Origin: Nitriliruptoraceae bacterium
GTDB lineage: Bacteria; Actinomycetota; Nitriliruptoria; Nitriliruptorales; Nitriliruptoraceae
Reading direction: 5' to 3'
Assembly: GCA_047610595.1 (NCBI GenBank)
Contig: JBLFZR010000001.1
Span: 25,746-89,745, forward strand
DNA: 64,000 nt
Positions within the stretch are counted from its first letter, which is position 1, and each line of letters begins with the position of its first letter. The position numbers and the translations under genes are program-made. Positions 1-9,286 of this stretch are shown here, in pieces. Under the pieces are notes generated by a model. It was not told where the DNA came from and did not search any database. It saw only the letters and a list, made by a program, of their open reading frames with translations.

Positions 1-180
1 ATGATCGAGTCACGTGCCACGATGAAGTCCAGTCCTGTGTCGCGCGGAGCTGAAAGACGCCGCACGACCCGAGACCCTACCCGGAACACATCTTCAACGA
101 ACAGACGTTCGAGCGCGATGCAGCTGCGCTGCGCTCCGCCCGGGCCCTACGTTCGTTGCGAACGGCGAAGGAGCCCATGC

Positions 181-837
181 GTGACGTACACCGGCCATGT
201 CGAACCGGATGGGCCGTGGTCCGATCGCACCGACGGTTCGCTGCGCGTACGCAAGCTGTCAGTCGAAAAGATGGACAACAACGTCTACGTGCTGTCGTGC
301 GTCCGCACCGGCGACGCACTCCTGCTGGATGTGGCAGCTCGACCCGCGCGCCTGCTCGAGGCAACGGCGGACGTACGGCTACGAGCCGCAGCGCAGACCC
401 ACGGCCACTGGGACCACGTCCGAGCGTGGGACACGCTGCACGACACCCATAGGTGGGAGGTCTGGGGCCACCCGGGTGACGCCGTCGATGATCTGTATCC
501 GCAGGCACCAGACCGACTGCTCGAGGATGGCGAGCTGCTCACGATCGGAGACGTACGCGTCGAGGTGCTGCACCTGCCCGGTCACACGCCTGGCTCACTG
601 CTGTATCTGGTCGAGGGCGGGGCACAGCCGCACCTGTTCACAGGTGACACCCTGTTCCCCGGCGGCCCCGGCCGGACATCGGGACCGGATGCGTTCACCC
701 AGATCATGGACGGCCTTCAGACTCGCGTGTTTGATCGGCTCCCCGATGACACGTGGGTCTACCCCGGCCACGGTGATGACACGACCCTCGGCGCCGAGCG
801 ACCGCACCTGAGCGAATGGCGGTCGCGCGGCTGGTGA
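181..837 (+). CDS. MBL-fold metallo-hydrolase (glyoxalase II-like)
   Basis: Metallo-beta-lactamase signature THGHWDHV and LPGHTPGS in ORF 1..837. Start moved to in-frame GTG 181, with AAGGAG 7 nt upstream. The Arg-rich translation before 181 looks non-coding. Confidence 0.8.
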   Translation: MTYTGHVEPDGPWSDRTDGSLRVRKLSVEKMDNNVYVLSCVRTGDALLLDVAARPARLLEATADVRLRAAAQTHGHWDHVRAWDTLHDTHRWEVWGHPGDAVDDLYPQAPDRLLEDGELLTIGDVRVEVLHLPGHTPGSLLYLVEGGAQPHLFTGDTLFPGGPGRTSGPDAFTQIMDGLQTRVFDRLPDDTWVYPGHGDDTTLGAERPHLSEWRSRGW

Positions 838-850
838 TGCCTCTCCTACC

Positions 851-1303
851 TCAGCGCCCGAGGGCACCGAGGCCTTGCCCGGCGTCTACCTCAAGCAGAC
901 CGCCGGTCATCGGAAGATCGCGCGCAGCATCCGATGCGACCTCGAAGGGATTGATCCCCTCTCCCACCAGCAGCTCACGTAGCTCGTCAGCCTGCAGCTG
1001 GGCGCCCGCGTCACGCAAGGTGGACCAAAGATCGACCAGTGCGCGGACGGACGCGTCGTCCAACGGGTCTTGCAGCGTCCCAGCGCGTAGCTCTTCCTGC
1101 AGCGCAACGACCTCGCCAGGGGTAAGAGCCTGCTCCCCCATCTCGCCTACAAGATCGCCAGCAGCCGTCCCGACACCGACCACCCACTCCGCGAGCGTCC
1201 GGCCGGCGCTGGCACCGTCGACGGCCTCCAGGATGCGGGGCAGGTTGGCCACGACGCCGACGACGTTGACGAGCAGGAAGATCGCCAGCAGACGACGGAC
1301 CAT
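851..1303 (-). CDS. hypothetical protein with N-terminal hydrophobic anchor
   Basis: ORF 851..1462. Start moved to ATG 1303 (MVRRLLAIFLLVNVVGVVA...) with GGAGG about 8 nt upstream. No family recognised. Confidence 0.5.
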   Translation of the reverse strand: MVRRLLAIFLLVNVVGVVANLPRILEAVDGASAGRTLAEWVVGVGTAAGDLVGEMGEQALTPGEVVALQEELRAGTLQDPLDDASVRALVDLWSTLRDAGAQLQADELRELLVGEGINPFEVASDAARDLPMTGGLLEVDAGQGLGALGR

Positions 1304-1430
1304 CTTGACATCCTCCGGTCCGGCAGTCAGGTGGCTCCGATCCCGTCGGCCGATGTCAGACTGACCTGCGTGATGCCCACTCACAGCCGCGCGGCTCACC
1401 GCGTCGGGCGACACCGAAGCCGAAACACGA

Positions 1431-1458
1431 GTGGCCCGGACCAGCTGGTCCGGGCCAC
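1431..1458 (-). terminator. GC-rich hairpin terminator downstream of the 1477..1869 gene
   Basis: Perfect 28-nt palindrome GTGGCCCGGACCAG/CTGGTCCGGGCCAC, 18 nt past the stop codon. On the minus strand it is followed by TCGTGTTTCGG, a weak U tract. Confidence 0.55.
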
Positions 1459-1476
1459 TCATGCTTTGCGATCAGG

Positions 1477-1869
1477 TCAGGCAGCGCTCGCGGCGCCGAT
1501 GCCGATCAGGACCAGCACAAGGGCGATGCCTTGGAACCGGGCGATCGCACCCCACGCGGTGGCGGCGTCTGGGGCCTTACGAGCCTTCGCGGTGGAGATG
1601 CCGGCCAGCGCGACACCCGCGAACATCGCCAGCGGGTGCACGATGGCCATCGGCCACGACGCCTCCCAGTACGCGCCCTGGATGTAGACGATGATGCCGT
1701 ACACGAACTGGAGCGGCAGAAGCAGGCCAGCGAGCTTCGGCAGCCCATCGCTGAACTCGGCACCCGCGCGCCCCTGCGTCACAGCTCGGATCACCGAGAC
1801 CACGACCACAAGAAACACGGCGTAACCGAGGTATCGGTGGCCGTTCGCCATCTCTGCGGTGATGTTCAT
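1477..1869 (-). CDS. hypothetical integral membrane protein
   Basis: 130 aa with about four hydrophobic segments (YAVFLVVVVSVI, LAGLLLPLQFVYGIIVYI, AMFAGVALAGI, IALVLVLIGIGAA). GGAG lies upstream of the ATG. Confidence 0.6.
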   Translation of the reverse strand: MNITAEMANGHRYLGYAVFLVVVVSVIRAVTQGRAGAEFSDGLPKLAGLLLPLQFVYGIIVYIQGAYWEASWPMAIVHPLAMFAGVALAGISTAKARKAPDAATAWGAIARFQGIALVLVLIGIGAASAA

Positions 1870-2052
1870 GTCAGCTCCGTTGGTTTCGCAAGGAGGCTAC
1901 CGAGCGGCGCCGGCTTTCCGGGGCCTCACAGCTGACATACCGGCATTCCTGCTCGTGCACCTCGTGCGCAGCACGCAGAGATGACCGCGCATGGTGTTGG
2001 ATGCCGCGACGGCGCGGCGCTGCGCTGCCAGTCCCCAAGCACGGAGCAGGAC

Positions 2053-4269
2053 ATGACCACCAGAACGGTCGCGCGCCAGTGCACGCTGTGTGAGGCGCAC
2101 TGCGGCATCAAAGTCACGGTCGAGGAAGACCAGGTCACCAAGATCGAAGGCGACCCAAACGATGTGCTCTCGGCGGGCTACATCTGCCCGAAGGCCACGG
2201 CGCTCGCCGACCTGCATCACGATCCGGAGCGGCTCCGTCGCCCCGTGATGAAGGTCGGAGACACGTGGGAGGAGATCAGCTTTGACGATGCGTTCGCGTT
2301 GATCGGGCAACGTCTGCGTGCGGTGCAACGGGAACATGGCCGCAGCGCGGTTGGGATGTACTACGGCAACCCCGCGGCGCACTCCCCGTCCGTGATCTAC
2401 GCGGCCGCGTTGCGCGCCGCGCTTCTTACCCGCCACGCGTACTCGGCCAGCTCCATCGACCAGTTCCCCCAGGAGCACGCGGCGTGGCGGATGTTCGGCT
2501 CGAACGTCGTGCTTGCGGTGCCCGACATCGACCGGACCGATCACCTGCTCATCATCGGGGCGAACCCAGCGGTCTCGAACGGCTCCCTCGCAACGATGCC
2601 CAACGCCAAGGGGCGCATCCGAGCCGTCCGCGAGCGCGGTGGCACGGTCGTGGTGGTCGATCCTCGCCGTACCGAGACCGCGCGCCTCGCAGACAGCCAT
2701 GTCGCGGTTGCGCCCGGCGGCGATCCGTATCTGCTGCTGGCGATGCTGCACGTTTTGTTTGACGACGGGCTCGAGCCACCTGCCCACCTCGCTGGGATGC
2801 TCGTGGGCTTCGACCAGCTGCGACAGCTCGTCGCGGCGTGGACGCCGGAGGACGCCGCACCCATGGCTGGTGTCGACGCCGACGTCATCCGACAGATGGC
2901 GCGCGAGCTTGGCGCCGCCGAACGCGCGGTCATCTACGCCCGAGTCGGGGTCTGCCATCAGGTCACCGGCACCCTCACGCACTGGCTTGTGAACGTCCTC
3001 AACGCAGTCACAGGCAACCTCGACCGCGCTGGGGGTCAGATGTTCGCGACCCCACCGGTTGACGCCATGCGGCTGCTTCGACGACTTCCGTTGGCAAAGG
3101 GACCGTGGACCGATCGAGCCGGAGAACACGACGTGTTCCGGTTCGAGCTACCCGTCGCGACGTTGGCCGACGCGATCCTTGGCCCGCCGGACGGCGTGTC
3201 AGAACCGGATGCGATTGACCCGGACCACCGGGTCCGCGCGATGATCACGCACGCTGGCAACCCCGTCCTGTCGGCTCCGGGCGGCCGCCGGCTTGACGAA
3301 GCCTTTGACGCGTTGGACTTCCACGTTGCGATCGACATGTACGTCACGGAGACGTCGCGCCACGCAGACATCATCCTGCCCCCGGTGTCACATCTGGAGC
3401 GCGAGGAGTTCGACTTCCTGTTCCCAGCCTTCTCAGTTCGCAACAACGCGCGATGGAACGCTCGTGTGTTCGAGCCACCTGCGGACGGTCTTGAGGACTG
3501 GGAGATATTGGCCCGACTGATGATCGAGGTGACACCGTTGGTCGGTCGCCGGCTGACCGGTCAGATCGCACGGCGTGTCGTGGACCAGCTCAGCCCTCTT
3601 CGAATCAGCGCAGCTGGCATGGCGATCGGCCCCCATGGACGGCTGCGTCGTGGCCGCGGCGCACTGACTGTCGACAGCGTGCGCCGCACGCCCGGCGGTA
3701 TCGACCTCGGTCCACTGCAGCCCCGTTTGGCACAGCTCCTCGCCACCCGCGACCGTCGGGTGCATCTGGCACCCGACGACCTGCTCTCGGCGGCAGACGA
3801 GCTCATCCGTGACGCGCAGACGGGAGTACGCCCAGACGATGCCCCGATCGGCTACGACCTGCGGCTCATCGGGCGTCGGCATCTGCGCACAAACAACTCG
3901 TGGCTGGCCAACGTCCCAGCGATGGTGAAGGGCCGCGACCGGTGCACGGTGCTGATGCACCCCGACGATGCGCACGCACGCGCACTGACGAACCGCGCGC
4001 GGGCGCTCGTCCGGTCCCCGTACGGTCAGATCGAGCTGCCGGTGGAGGTGAGCGCCGAGATTCGCCCTGGCACGGTGGCCATTCCGCACGGTTGGGGCCA
4101 CGATCAGAAAGGTGTGGGCTGGTCCACCGCTGCAGCGCACGGCGGCGCGAACGTCAACGAGCTACACGACCCCGCACGCACGGACCGGTTCAGCGGTAAC
4201 GCGGCCGTCAACGGCACGTGGGTGACCGTGACTGTCATCCAGGGAGCGCTTACTGCCCTGCCCATTTGA
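2053..4269 (+). CDS. molybdopterin-dependent oxidoreductase (formate dehydrogenase/DMSO reductase superfamily)
   Basis: N-terminal 4Fe-4S cysteine cluster CTLCEAHCG...YICPKA. Size (~738 aa) and C-terminal NAAVNGTWV-type molybdopterin dinucleotide-binding region fit. Start at ATG 2053 with GGAGCAGGA upstream. Confidence 0.85.
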   Translation: MTTRTVARQCTLCEAHCGIKVTVEEDQVTKIEGDPNDVLSAGYICPKATALADLHHDPERLRRPVMKVGDTWEEISFDDAFALIGQRLRAVQREHGRSAVGMYYGNPAAHSPSVIYAAALRAALLTRHAYSASSIDQFPQEHAAWRMFGSNVVLAVPDIDRTDHLLIIGANPAVSNGSLATMPNAKGRIRAVRERGGTVVVVDPRRTETARLADSHVAVAPGGDPYLLLAMLHVLFDDGLEPPAHLAGMLVGFDQLRQLVAAWTPEDAAPMAGVDADVIRQMARELGAAERAVIYARVGVCHQVTGTLTHWLVNVLNAVTGNLDRAGGQMFATPPVDAMRLLRRLPLAKGPWTDRAGEHDVFRFELPVATLADAILGPPDGVSEPDAIDPDHRVRAMITHAGNPVLSAPGGRRLDEAFDALDFHVAIDMYVTETSRHADIILPPVSHLEREEFDFLFPAFSVRNNARWNARVFEPPADGLEDWEILARLMIEVTPLVGRRLTGQIARRVVDQLSPLRISAAGMAIGPHGRLRRGRGALTVDSVRRTPGGIDLGPLQPRLAQLLATRDRRVHLAPDDLLSAADELIRDAQTGVRPDDAPIGYDLRLIGRRHLRTNNSWLANVPAMVKGRDRCTVLMHPDDAHARALTNRARALVRSPYGQIELPVEVSAEIRPGTVAIPHGWGHDQKGVGWSTAAAHGGANVNELHDPARTDRFSGNAAVNGTWVTVTVIQGALTALPI

Positions 4270-4801
4270 TCGAGCAGCCCATGCTGGGCACGTGCGGCTC
4301 GGACACGGGCCGGCCGGCGAGCGCGTCCCTGAGCGCGCTGCGCAGCCACAAACCATCGTTGTTCTCACTGTTACCGGGCGACGAGCCGTCCATGGCGCCG
4401 CGGTAGACCAACTCCCGGTCGGAGTCGTACACGAAGAAGTCCGGCGTACAGCTAGCGCCGTACGACCGGCCAACGGTCGACGCACCGTCGATCGCGTACG
4501 GGAACGTCCACCCGGTACGGGCGACCTGCGCTCGGAGCCCGTCGGGCCCGTCCGACGGGTATGCCACAGGATCGTTGGAGCACACCCCGATAAAGGCGAC
4601 ATCGACGAAAGCGCCATCCGACGTAAGCCGAGCGATCTCATCCTCGATGTGCACCACGTACGGGCAGTGATTGCAGAGGAACATCACGCACACCACAGGC
4701 GCAGCGAGCTGCGACAGCCGCACCTGCCCCCCATCAGCCGTCGGTAGCTCGATCGGTGGTGCGAGGGTCCCGAGCGGGACCATCTGCGACAGCGTGGCCA
4801 T
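4250..4801 (-). CDS. thioredoxin-fold thiol-disulfide oxidoreductase family protein
   Basis: Redox motif FLCNHCPYV and C-terminal MGCSIKW, typical of this thioredoxin-like family. Start at ATG 4801 (MATLSQMVPL). The 3' end overlaps the convergent gene by 20 nt. Confidence 0.75.
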   Translation of the reverse strand: MATLSQMVPLGTLAPPIELPTADGGQVRLSQLAAPVVCVMFLCNHCPYVVHIEDEIARLTSDGAFVDVAFIGVCSNDPVAYPSDGPDGLRAQVARTGWTFPYAIDGASTVGRSYGASCTPDFFVYDSDRELVYRGAMDGSSPGNSENNDGLWLRSALRDALAGRPVSEPHVPSMGCSIKWAGQ

Positions 4802-4862
4802 ATCTGGCTCCGGCGTAGAAGGGGCAGCGGTCCCACGACGGTAACGGCACTGGCCGACCGGT

Positions 4863-6887
4863 CTAGACGCCTGCCTCACGCATGTCGCGAAGCTCCCGCT
4901 TCAGGTCGCCGATCTCGTCGCGTAGCCGAGCCGCGTACTCAAAGCGCAGCTCGCCGGCTGCCTGGTGCATCTCCTCCTCGAGACTCATAATCAGCGCGCC
5001 TAGCTCCTCGGTCGGTACCTGTTTGGGATCCAGCTGCAGATCGCGAGTGATCCGGCCAGATGCGGGCTCGTAGTGCTCGCCGGCCTCTTCGGCACGCACG
5101 GCAGCCAGGATGTCTCCGACCCGCTTACGTACTGACACCGGGTCGATGCCGTGCTCGAGATTGTGCGCCTCCTGCACCGCGCGGCGACGATCCGTCTCGT
5201 CCAGGGCGACACGCATCGCCTCGCTGATCTGATCGGCGTACATCACGACGCGCCCGTTGACGTTGCGGGCGGCGCGTCCGATGGTCTGAATCAAGGCGGT
5301 GGATGAGCGTAAGAACCCCTGCTTATCCGCGTCGAGGATGGCCACCATCGACACCTCTGGCAGGTCCAGCCCCTCACGCAGCAGGTTGATTCCGATCAGC
5401 ACATCGAAGTCGCCCATCCGGAGCTGGCGGAGGATCTCGACACGTTCAACGGTGTTGATGTCAGAGTGGAGATAGCGAACCTTCACCCCGTTCTCAAGCA
5501 GATAGTCGGTCAGATCCTCCGCCATCTTCTTGGTGAGTGTGGTCACGAGCACGCGCTCGTCGATCTCCTCGCGCCTGCGGATCTCTTCCATGAGATCATC
5601 GATCTGGCCCTTGGTCGGACGGACCTCAATCTGCGGATCAACCAGCCCGGTCGGTCGGATGATCTGCTGCACGATCGAGGAGGACTCGCGTCGTTCGTAC
5701 GCAGACGGCGTGGCCGACACGAACAGCCGCTGGCCGATCCGCTCGAGGAACTCGTCAAACTTGAGCGGCCTGTTGTCGCGCGCTGAAGGCAGCCGGAAGC
5801 CGTGTTCGACGAGGACATCCTTGCGTGCCTTGTCGCCCGCAAACATGCCACCCACCTGCGGCACACTCACATGGGACTCATCCATAAAGACGACGAAGTC
5901 CTTCGGGAAGTAGTCGAGCAACGTGAACGGCGGTTCGCCCGGCTCACGTCCATCAAAGTGCCGTGAGTAGTTCTCGATGCCGTTACACGTACCGACCTCA
6001 CGCATCATCTCAAGGTCGTAGTTGGTACGCATCCGCAGCCGCTGCGCCTCGAGGAGCTTGCCCTCGGACGTCAGCTCTTCGAGCCGCTCGTCGAGCTCGG
6101 CCTGAATCGTCAGCTGTGAGCGATCTATCGCTTCACGTCCAGAGACGTAGTGCGACGCCGGATAGACGGCAAAGTCGTGCAGCGGATCAGAGACCTCGCC
6201 CGTCACAGTGTCGACGCGCACGATTCGATCGACCTGATCGCCGAAGAACTCGATGCGCACGGCGCGCTCGGCGTCGGCCGGGAAGACCTCGAGCGTGTCA
6301 CCACGCACACGAAAAGCGCCGCGAATCAGATTCAGATCGTTGCGGTCGTACTGCAGCTCAACGAGCTTTCGAATCGACGCTTGGAGGCCGATCTCCTCGC
6401 CGACCTTCACAGCTAGCACATGGTCCTGCCACTCGTCCGGATTCCCAAGGCCGTAGATGCACGACACGGACGCCACCACCACGACGTCGCGGCGCGCGAA
6501 CAGCGCCGCTGTCGCACGGTGGCGGAGCCGGTCGATCTCCTCGTTGATCGACGAGTCCTTCTCGATGTAGGTGTCCGAGGACGCGATGTACGCCTCTGGT
6601 TGGTAGTAGTCGTAGTACGACACGAAGTACTCGACCGCGTTATCGGGAAGGAACTCACGGAACTCGTTGGCCAGCTGCGCCGCCAGCGTCTTGTTCGGGG
6701 CCATGATCAAGGCAGGCCGCTGGAGCCGCTCAAGCACCTTCGCCGCCGTAAAGGTCTTACCTGTGCCCGTCGCACCCAGCAACGTCACGGCCTTCTCGCC
6801 AGCCTCGAAGGCCTCAACGATTCCTTCGATCGCCGTTGGCTGATCGCCAGCGGGCACAAAGTCGGATACGACGCGAAACTCAGGCAT
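4863..6887 (-). CDS. uvrB: excinuclease ABC subunit B
   Basis: Walker [15 protein letters not shown] box [11 protein letters not shown], helicase C motifs, and C-terminal UVR domain [14 protein letters not shown]. Start at [10 protein letters not shown]. Confidence 0.97.
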   Translation of the reverse strand: MPEFRVVSDFVPAGDQPTAIEGIVEAFEAGEKAVTLLGATGTGKTFTAAKVLERLQRPALIMAPNKTLAAQLANEFREFLPDNAVEYFVSYYDYYQPEAYIASSDTYIEKDSSINEEIDRLRHRATAALFARRDVVVVASVSCIYGLGNPDEWQDHVLAVKVGEEIGLQASIRKLVELQYDRNDLNLIRGAFRVRGDTLEVFPADAERAVRIEFFGDQVDRIVRVDTVTGEVSDPLHDFAVYPASHYVSGREAIDRSQLTIQAELDERLEELTSEGKLLEAQRLRMRTNYDLEMMREVGTCNGIENYSRHFDGREPGEPPFTLLDYFPKDFVVFMDESHVSVPQVGGMFAGDKARKDVLVEHGFRLPSARDNRPLKFDEFLERIGQRLFVSATPSAYERRESSSIVQQIIRPTGLVDPQIEVRPTKGQIDDLMEEIRRREEIDERVLVTTLTKKMAEDLTDYLLENGVKVRYLHSDINTVERVEILRQLRMGDFDVLIGINLLREGLDLPEVSMVAILDADKQGFLRSSTALIQTIGRAARNVNGRVVMYADQISEAMRVALDETDRRRAVQEAHNLEHGIDPVSVRKRVGDILAAVRAEEAGEHYEPASGRITRDLQLDPKQVPTEELGALIMSLEEEMHQAAGELRFEYAARLRDEIGDLKRELRDMREAGV

Positions 6888-6977
6888 ACAAGGACCGTAT
6901 CTGCAGGCTGTGATCGGCCGAAAGCAACACAACGACGCCCCCGACATAGACGGGGGCGTGGGAGGCATCGCAGCCGA

Positions 6978-7079
6978 TCAGTAGTGCCAAACCAGCGCGT
7001 AGACCACAGCAGCGAAGGCGACGAAGGTGAGACCCATAAACCCGGCAAGGATCATGGCGGTGCGGTCGTTGTCACCCAT
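6978..7079 (-). CDS. possible 33-aa single-pass membrane peptide
   Basis: MGDNDRTAMILAGFMGLTFVAFAAVVYALVWHY. AGGAG lies 6 nt upstream of the ATG. It sits in the gap between coaE and uvrB. Confidence 0.35.
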   Translation of the reverse strand: MGDNDRTAMILAGFMGLTFVAFAAVVYALVWHY

Positions 7080-7150
7080 AGGTGGCTCCTGATGCTGTTG
7101 GACGGTGGCTGCCCGTCGCGCGAGGATAGCAAGCGCAGTGGGCCGAACAC

Positions 7151-7756
7151 TCAAGGGTGTAACGCCTGCCACAGCCGGTTGACCTCACGGGAGAGTGACG
7201 ACGCATCGCCGGCGTTCGAGACGACGTGTGTCGCCGCCGCAGCTCGCTCCTCATCCGACGCTTGTGACGCGATCCGGGCACGCGCATCGCTCTCTGCGAT
7301 GCCGCGCCCGGCCGCGAGCCGCGCGACACGCAGCTCGACGGGTGCAGTCACAACAACGACTGCCTCCAGGTCGGCCGCGAGCCCCGTCTCGACCAGCAGA
7401 GGATGGTCGAGGACGACGACCCGCTCGTTGCCCGAGTGCTCTGCATCGGCGTGGGCCCGAAGCTGCGCCGCGATGCTCTCCCGAATCGCAGGGTGTGTGA
7501 TGGCCTCCAACGCTCGCAGCGAAGCCGGGTCCGAGAACACGATGGACGCCACCGCTGCGCGATCCATCGCCCCCTCGGCATCGATGACATCCGGCCCGAA
7601 CCGCTTCGTGATCGCGTTTAACCCCGGAGTACCCGGCGCAACGACCGCCCGCGCTATCGCATCGGCGTCAATGACATACGCACCGTGCGCCGCCAACAAC
7701 CGGGCAACGGTCGACTTGCCCGCCCCCATACCTCCAGTGAGACCTACAACCCGCAC
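7151..7756 (-). CDS. coaE: dephospho-CoA kinase
   Basis: P-loop GLTGGMGAGKST near the N-terminus. Start at GTG 7756 with GAGGAG upstream. Confidence 0.9.
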   Translation of the reverse strand: MRVVGLTGGMGAGKSTVARLLAAHGAYVIDADAIARAVVAPGTPGLNAITKRFGPDVIDAEGAMDRAAVASIVFSDPASLRALEAITHPAIRESIAAQLRAHADAEHSGNERVVVLDHPLLVETGLAADLEAVVVVTAPVELRVARLAAGRGIAESDARARIASQASDEERAAAATHVVSNAGDASSLSREVNRLWQALHP

Positions 7757-7882
7757 GCCAGCTCCTCTGCTTCGGTCCAGCTCGTAGCGGACCTGCATCC
7801 ATCGTGCCACGGCAGCAGCGACACGCCGCTGTGCGGGTGCCGCGCGAGCATCAACGTGCCAGCACGCGCCCGCGGCAACCGT

Positions 7883-9136
7883 TCAACACAGGTAGTTGCG
7901 AGGGTTCTTGGCTCCACCAGAGGTACGCGTTTCAAAGTGGAGATGGCTGCCGGTCACGTTGCCGCTGCTCCCTATCCGTCCGATGAACTCGCCGCGCGAG
8001 ACGGTCTGCCCCTTCTTGACGCTGGTCGAAGACTGGTGGGCGTACGCCGTTGTCACACCATCCGAGTGGCTGACCAACGTCAACCGGCCGTACCCACCCT
8101 TCGTGCCGACGTAGATCACGGTGCCGGACTGAGCCGCCACGATCGGGTCACCGGTATCACCATCGATGTCCATGCCAGCGTGCATGCGGCCCCAGCGAGC
8201 CCCGTACTCGGAGGTCACTTTGCCGGATGCTGGCTTCTGATAACAGCCTGTGGCTGGCGCTGGCGCAGACTGCGAGGCATCCGCTGGCGCAGCCGACTGC
8301 GCCCGTTCGCGGCGTGCCGCTGCGGCCGCATCATCCACGCGGCGGCGCGCGGCAGCTTCCTCACGCGCGATGATCGCTTGCATGCCGTCGGCCTCAGACT
8401 CCAGCTGCTCCTGGTCCGCGAGCAGCCGCTCCCGCTCGGACGAGAGCGAGGACAAGGCTGACGCACGCTGCGAGAACACAGCCTCTGCCTTCGCCAGCAG
8501 CTCGTGCTGTGTCGCGCGCGCGTCGTCGAGCTCTACCAGCGCGCGCGCGAGCCGCTCGGCGGTCGCCGCGGCCTGCGCACGGGCTGCACCCAGCGTCTCG
8601 ATAGACGCAGCGTCACGCCCAGCCAGCGCGTTGAGCATGGCGAGCTGATCCAGAGCACCGCTCAGGTCGCGGCTGGCGCCCGGGTCCGTCAAAACGCTGA
8701 ACGCCGACGGAGTCCCGTTCATGAACGCCTGTCGGGCACGGCTGTTGACCAGCGCTTCGATACGCCCGGCCTCCACCAGCGCCGCATCCGCCTCCTGCTG
8801 GGCTGCGCCAACCCCGACCTCGAGCGTCTCGACCTCAGCGAGCAGCTCGTTCAGCGCCTGCTCCAGCGCTACGACGGCAGCCTGGGCCTCGGCGAGCGCC
8901 TCCTCGGACTGCGACGCGCGCCCAGCTACATCATCAAGCTGCGCGAGCGTGGCCTCGATCGCACGTCGCGTTTCTGCGAGACTCTCCCGGTCGCCGTCCG
9001 CAGCGCTGGACGGCAGGCCTGACAGCATCGCGAGAGCGACGCACAGGGCGCTCGCGCGCCTCGCGATCCGGCGAGGCCGGTTCACGCGCCGGGGGCCACG
9101 GTCGTTGGAGGTCAGGGCGTGGGGTGATGTCTGCAT
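7883..9136 (-). CDS. M23 family metallopeptidase with long coiled-coil N-terminal region
   Basis: C-terminal LytM/M23 motifs HAGMDIDG and GSHLHFETR. Ala/Glu/Leu-rich coiled coil precedes them. Signal/anchor ALCVALAMLSGLPSSAADG. Confidence 0.85.
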   Translation of the reverse strand: MQTSPHALTSNDRGPRRVNRPRRIARRASALCVALAMLSGLPSSAADGDRESLAETRRAIEATLAQLDDVAGRASQSEEALAEAQAAVVALEQALNELLAEVETLEVGVGAAQQEADAALVEAGRIEALVNSRARQAFMNGTPSAFSVLTDPGASRDLSGALDQLAMLNALAGRDAASIETLGAARAQAAATAERLARALVELDDARATQHELLAKAEAVFSQRASALSSLSSERERLLADQEQLESEADGMQAIIAREEAAARRRVDDAAAAARRERAQSAAPADASQSAPAPATGCYQKPASGKVTSEYGARWGRMHAGMDIDGDTGDPIVAAQSGTVIYVGTKGGYGRLTLVSHSDGVTTAYAHQSSTSVKKGQTVSRGEFIGRIGSSGNVTGSHLHFETRTSGGAKNPRNYLC

Positions 9137-9229
9137 ATGCGCGCGAGCCTACGCCTCCGAGGGCTCGAAAGGCTGCGGCTAGGACAGCGATTGACTGCAT
9201 CTTCGTGCGCACCGATCGTGGTCCAAAAC

Positions 9230-9265
9230 CGACGACGCCCCGACCAGATGGTCGGGGCGTCGTCG
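9230..9265 (-). terminator. intrinsic terminator of rpsA
   Basis: Perfect 16-bp stem CGACGACGCCCCGACC / GGTCGGGGCGTCGTCG with loop AGAT, 22 nt after the rpsA stop. On the minus strand it is followed by GGTTTTGG. Confidence 0.8.
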
Positions 9266-9286
9266 TGCGTCATGCGACGGGAAGGA

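Noticed and set aside
1897-3129. 410-aa minus-strand ORF
   Set aside because: It is antisense to the molybdopterin oxidoreductase, whose Fe-S Cys motif and length fix the plus frame as the real one.
6420-7787. 455-aa plus-strand ORF
   Set aside because: It is antisense to uvrB, the small ORF and coaE. Its composition is Arg/Ser/Ala-rich and it spans two well-supported genes on the other strand.
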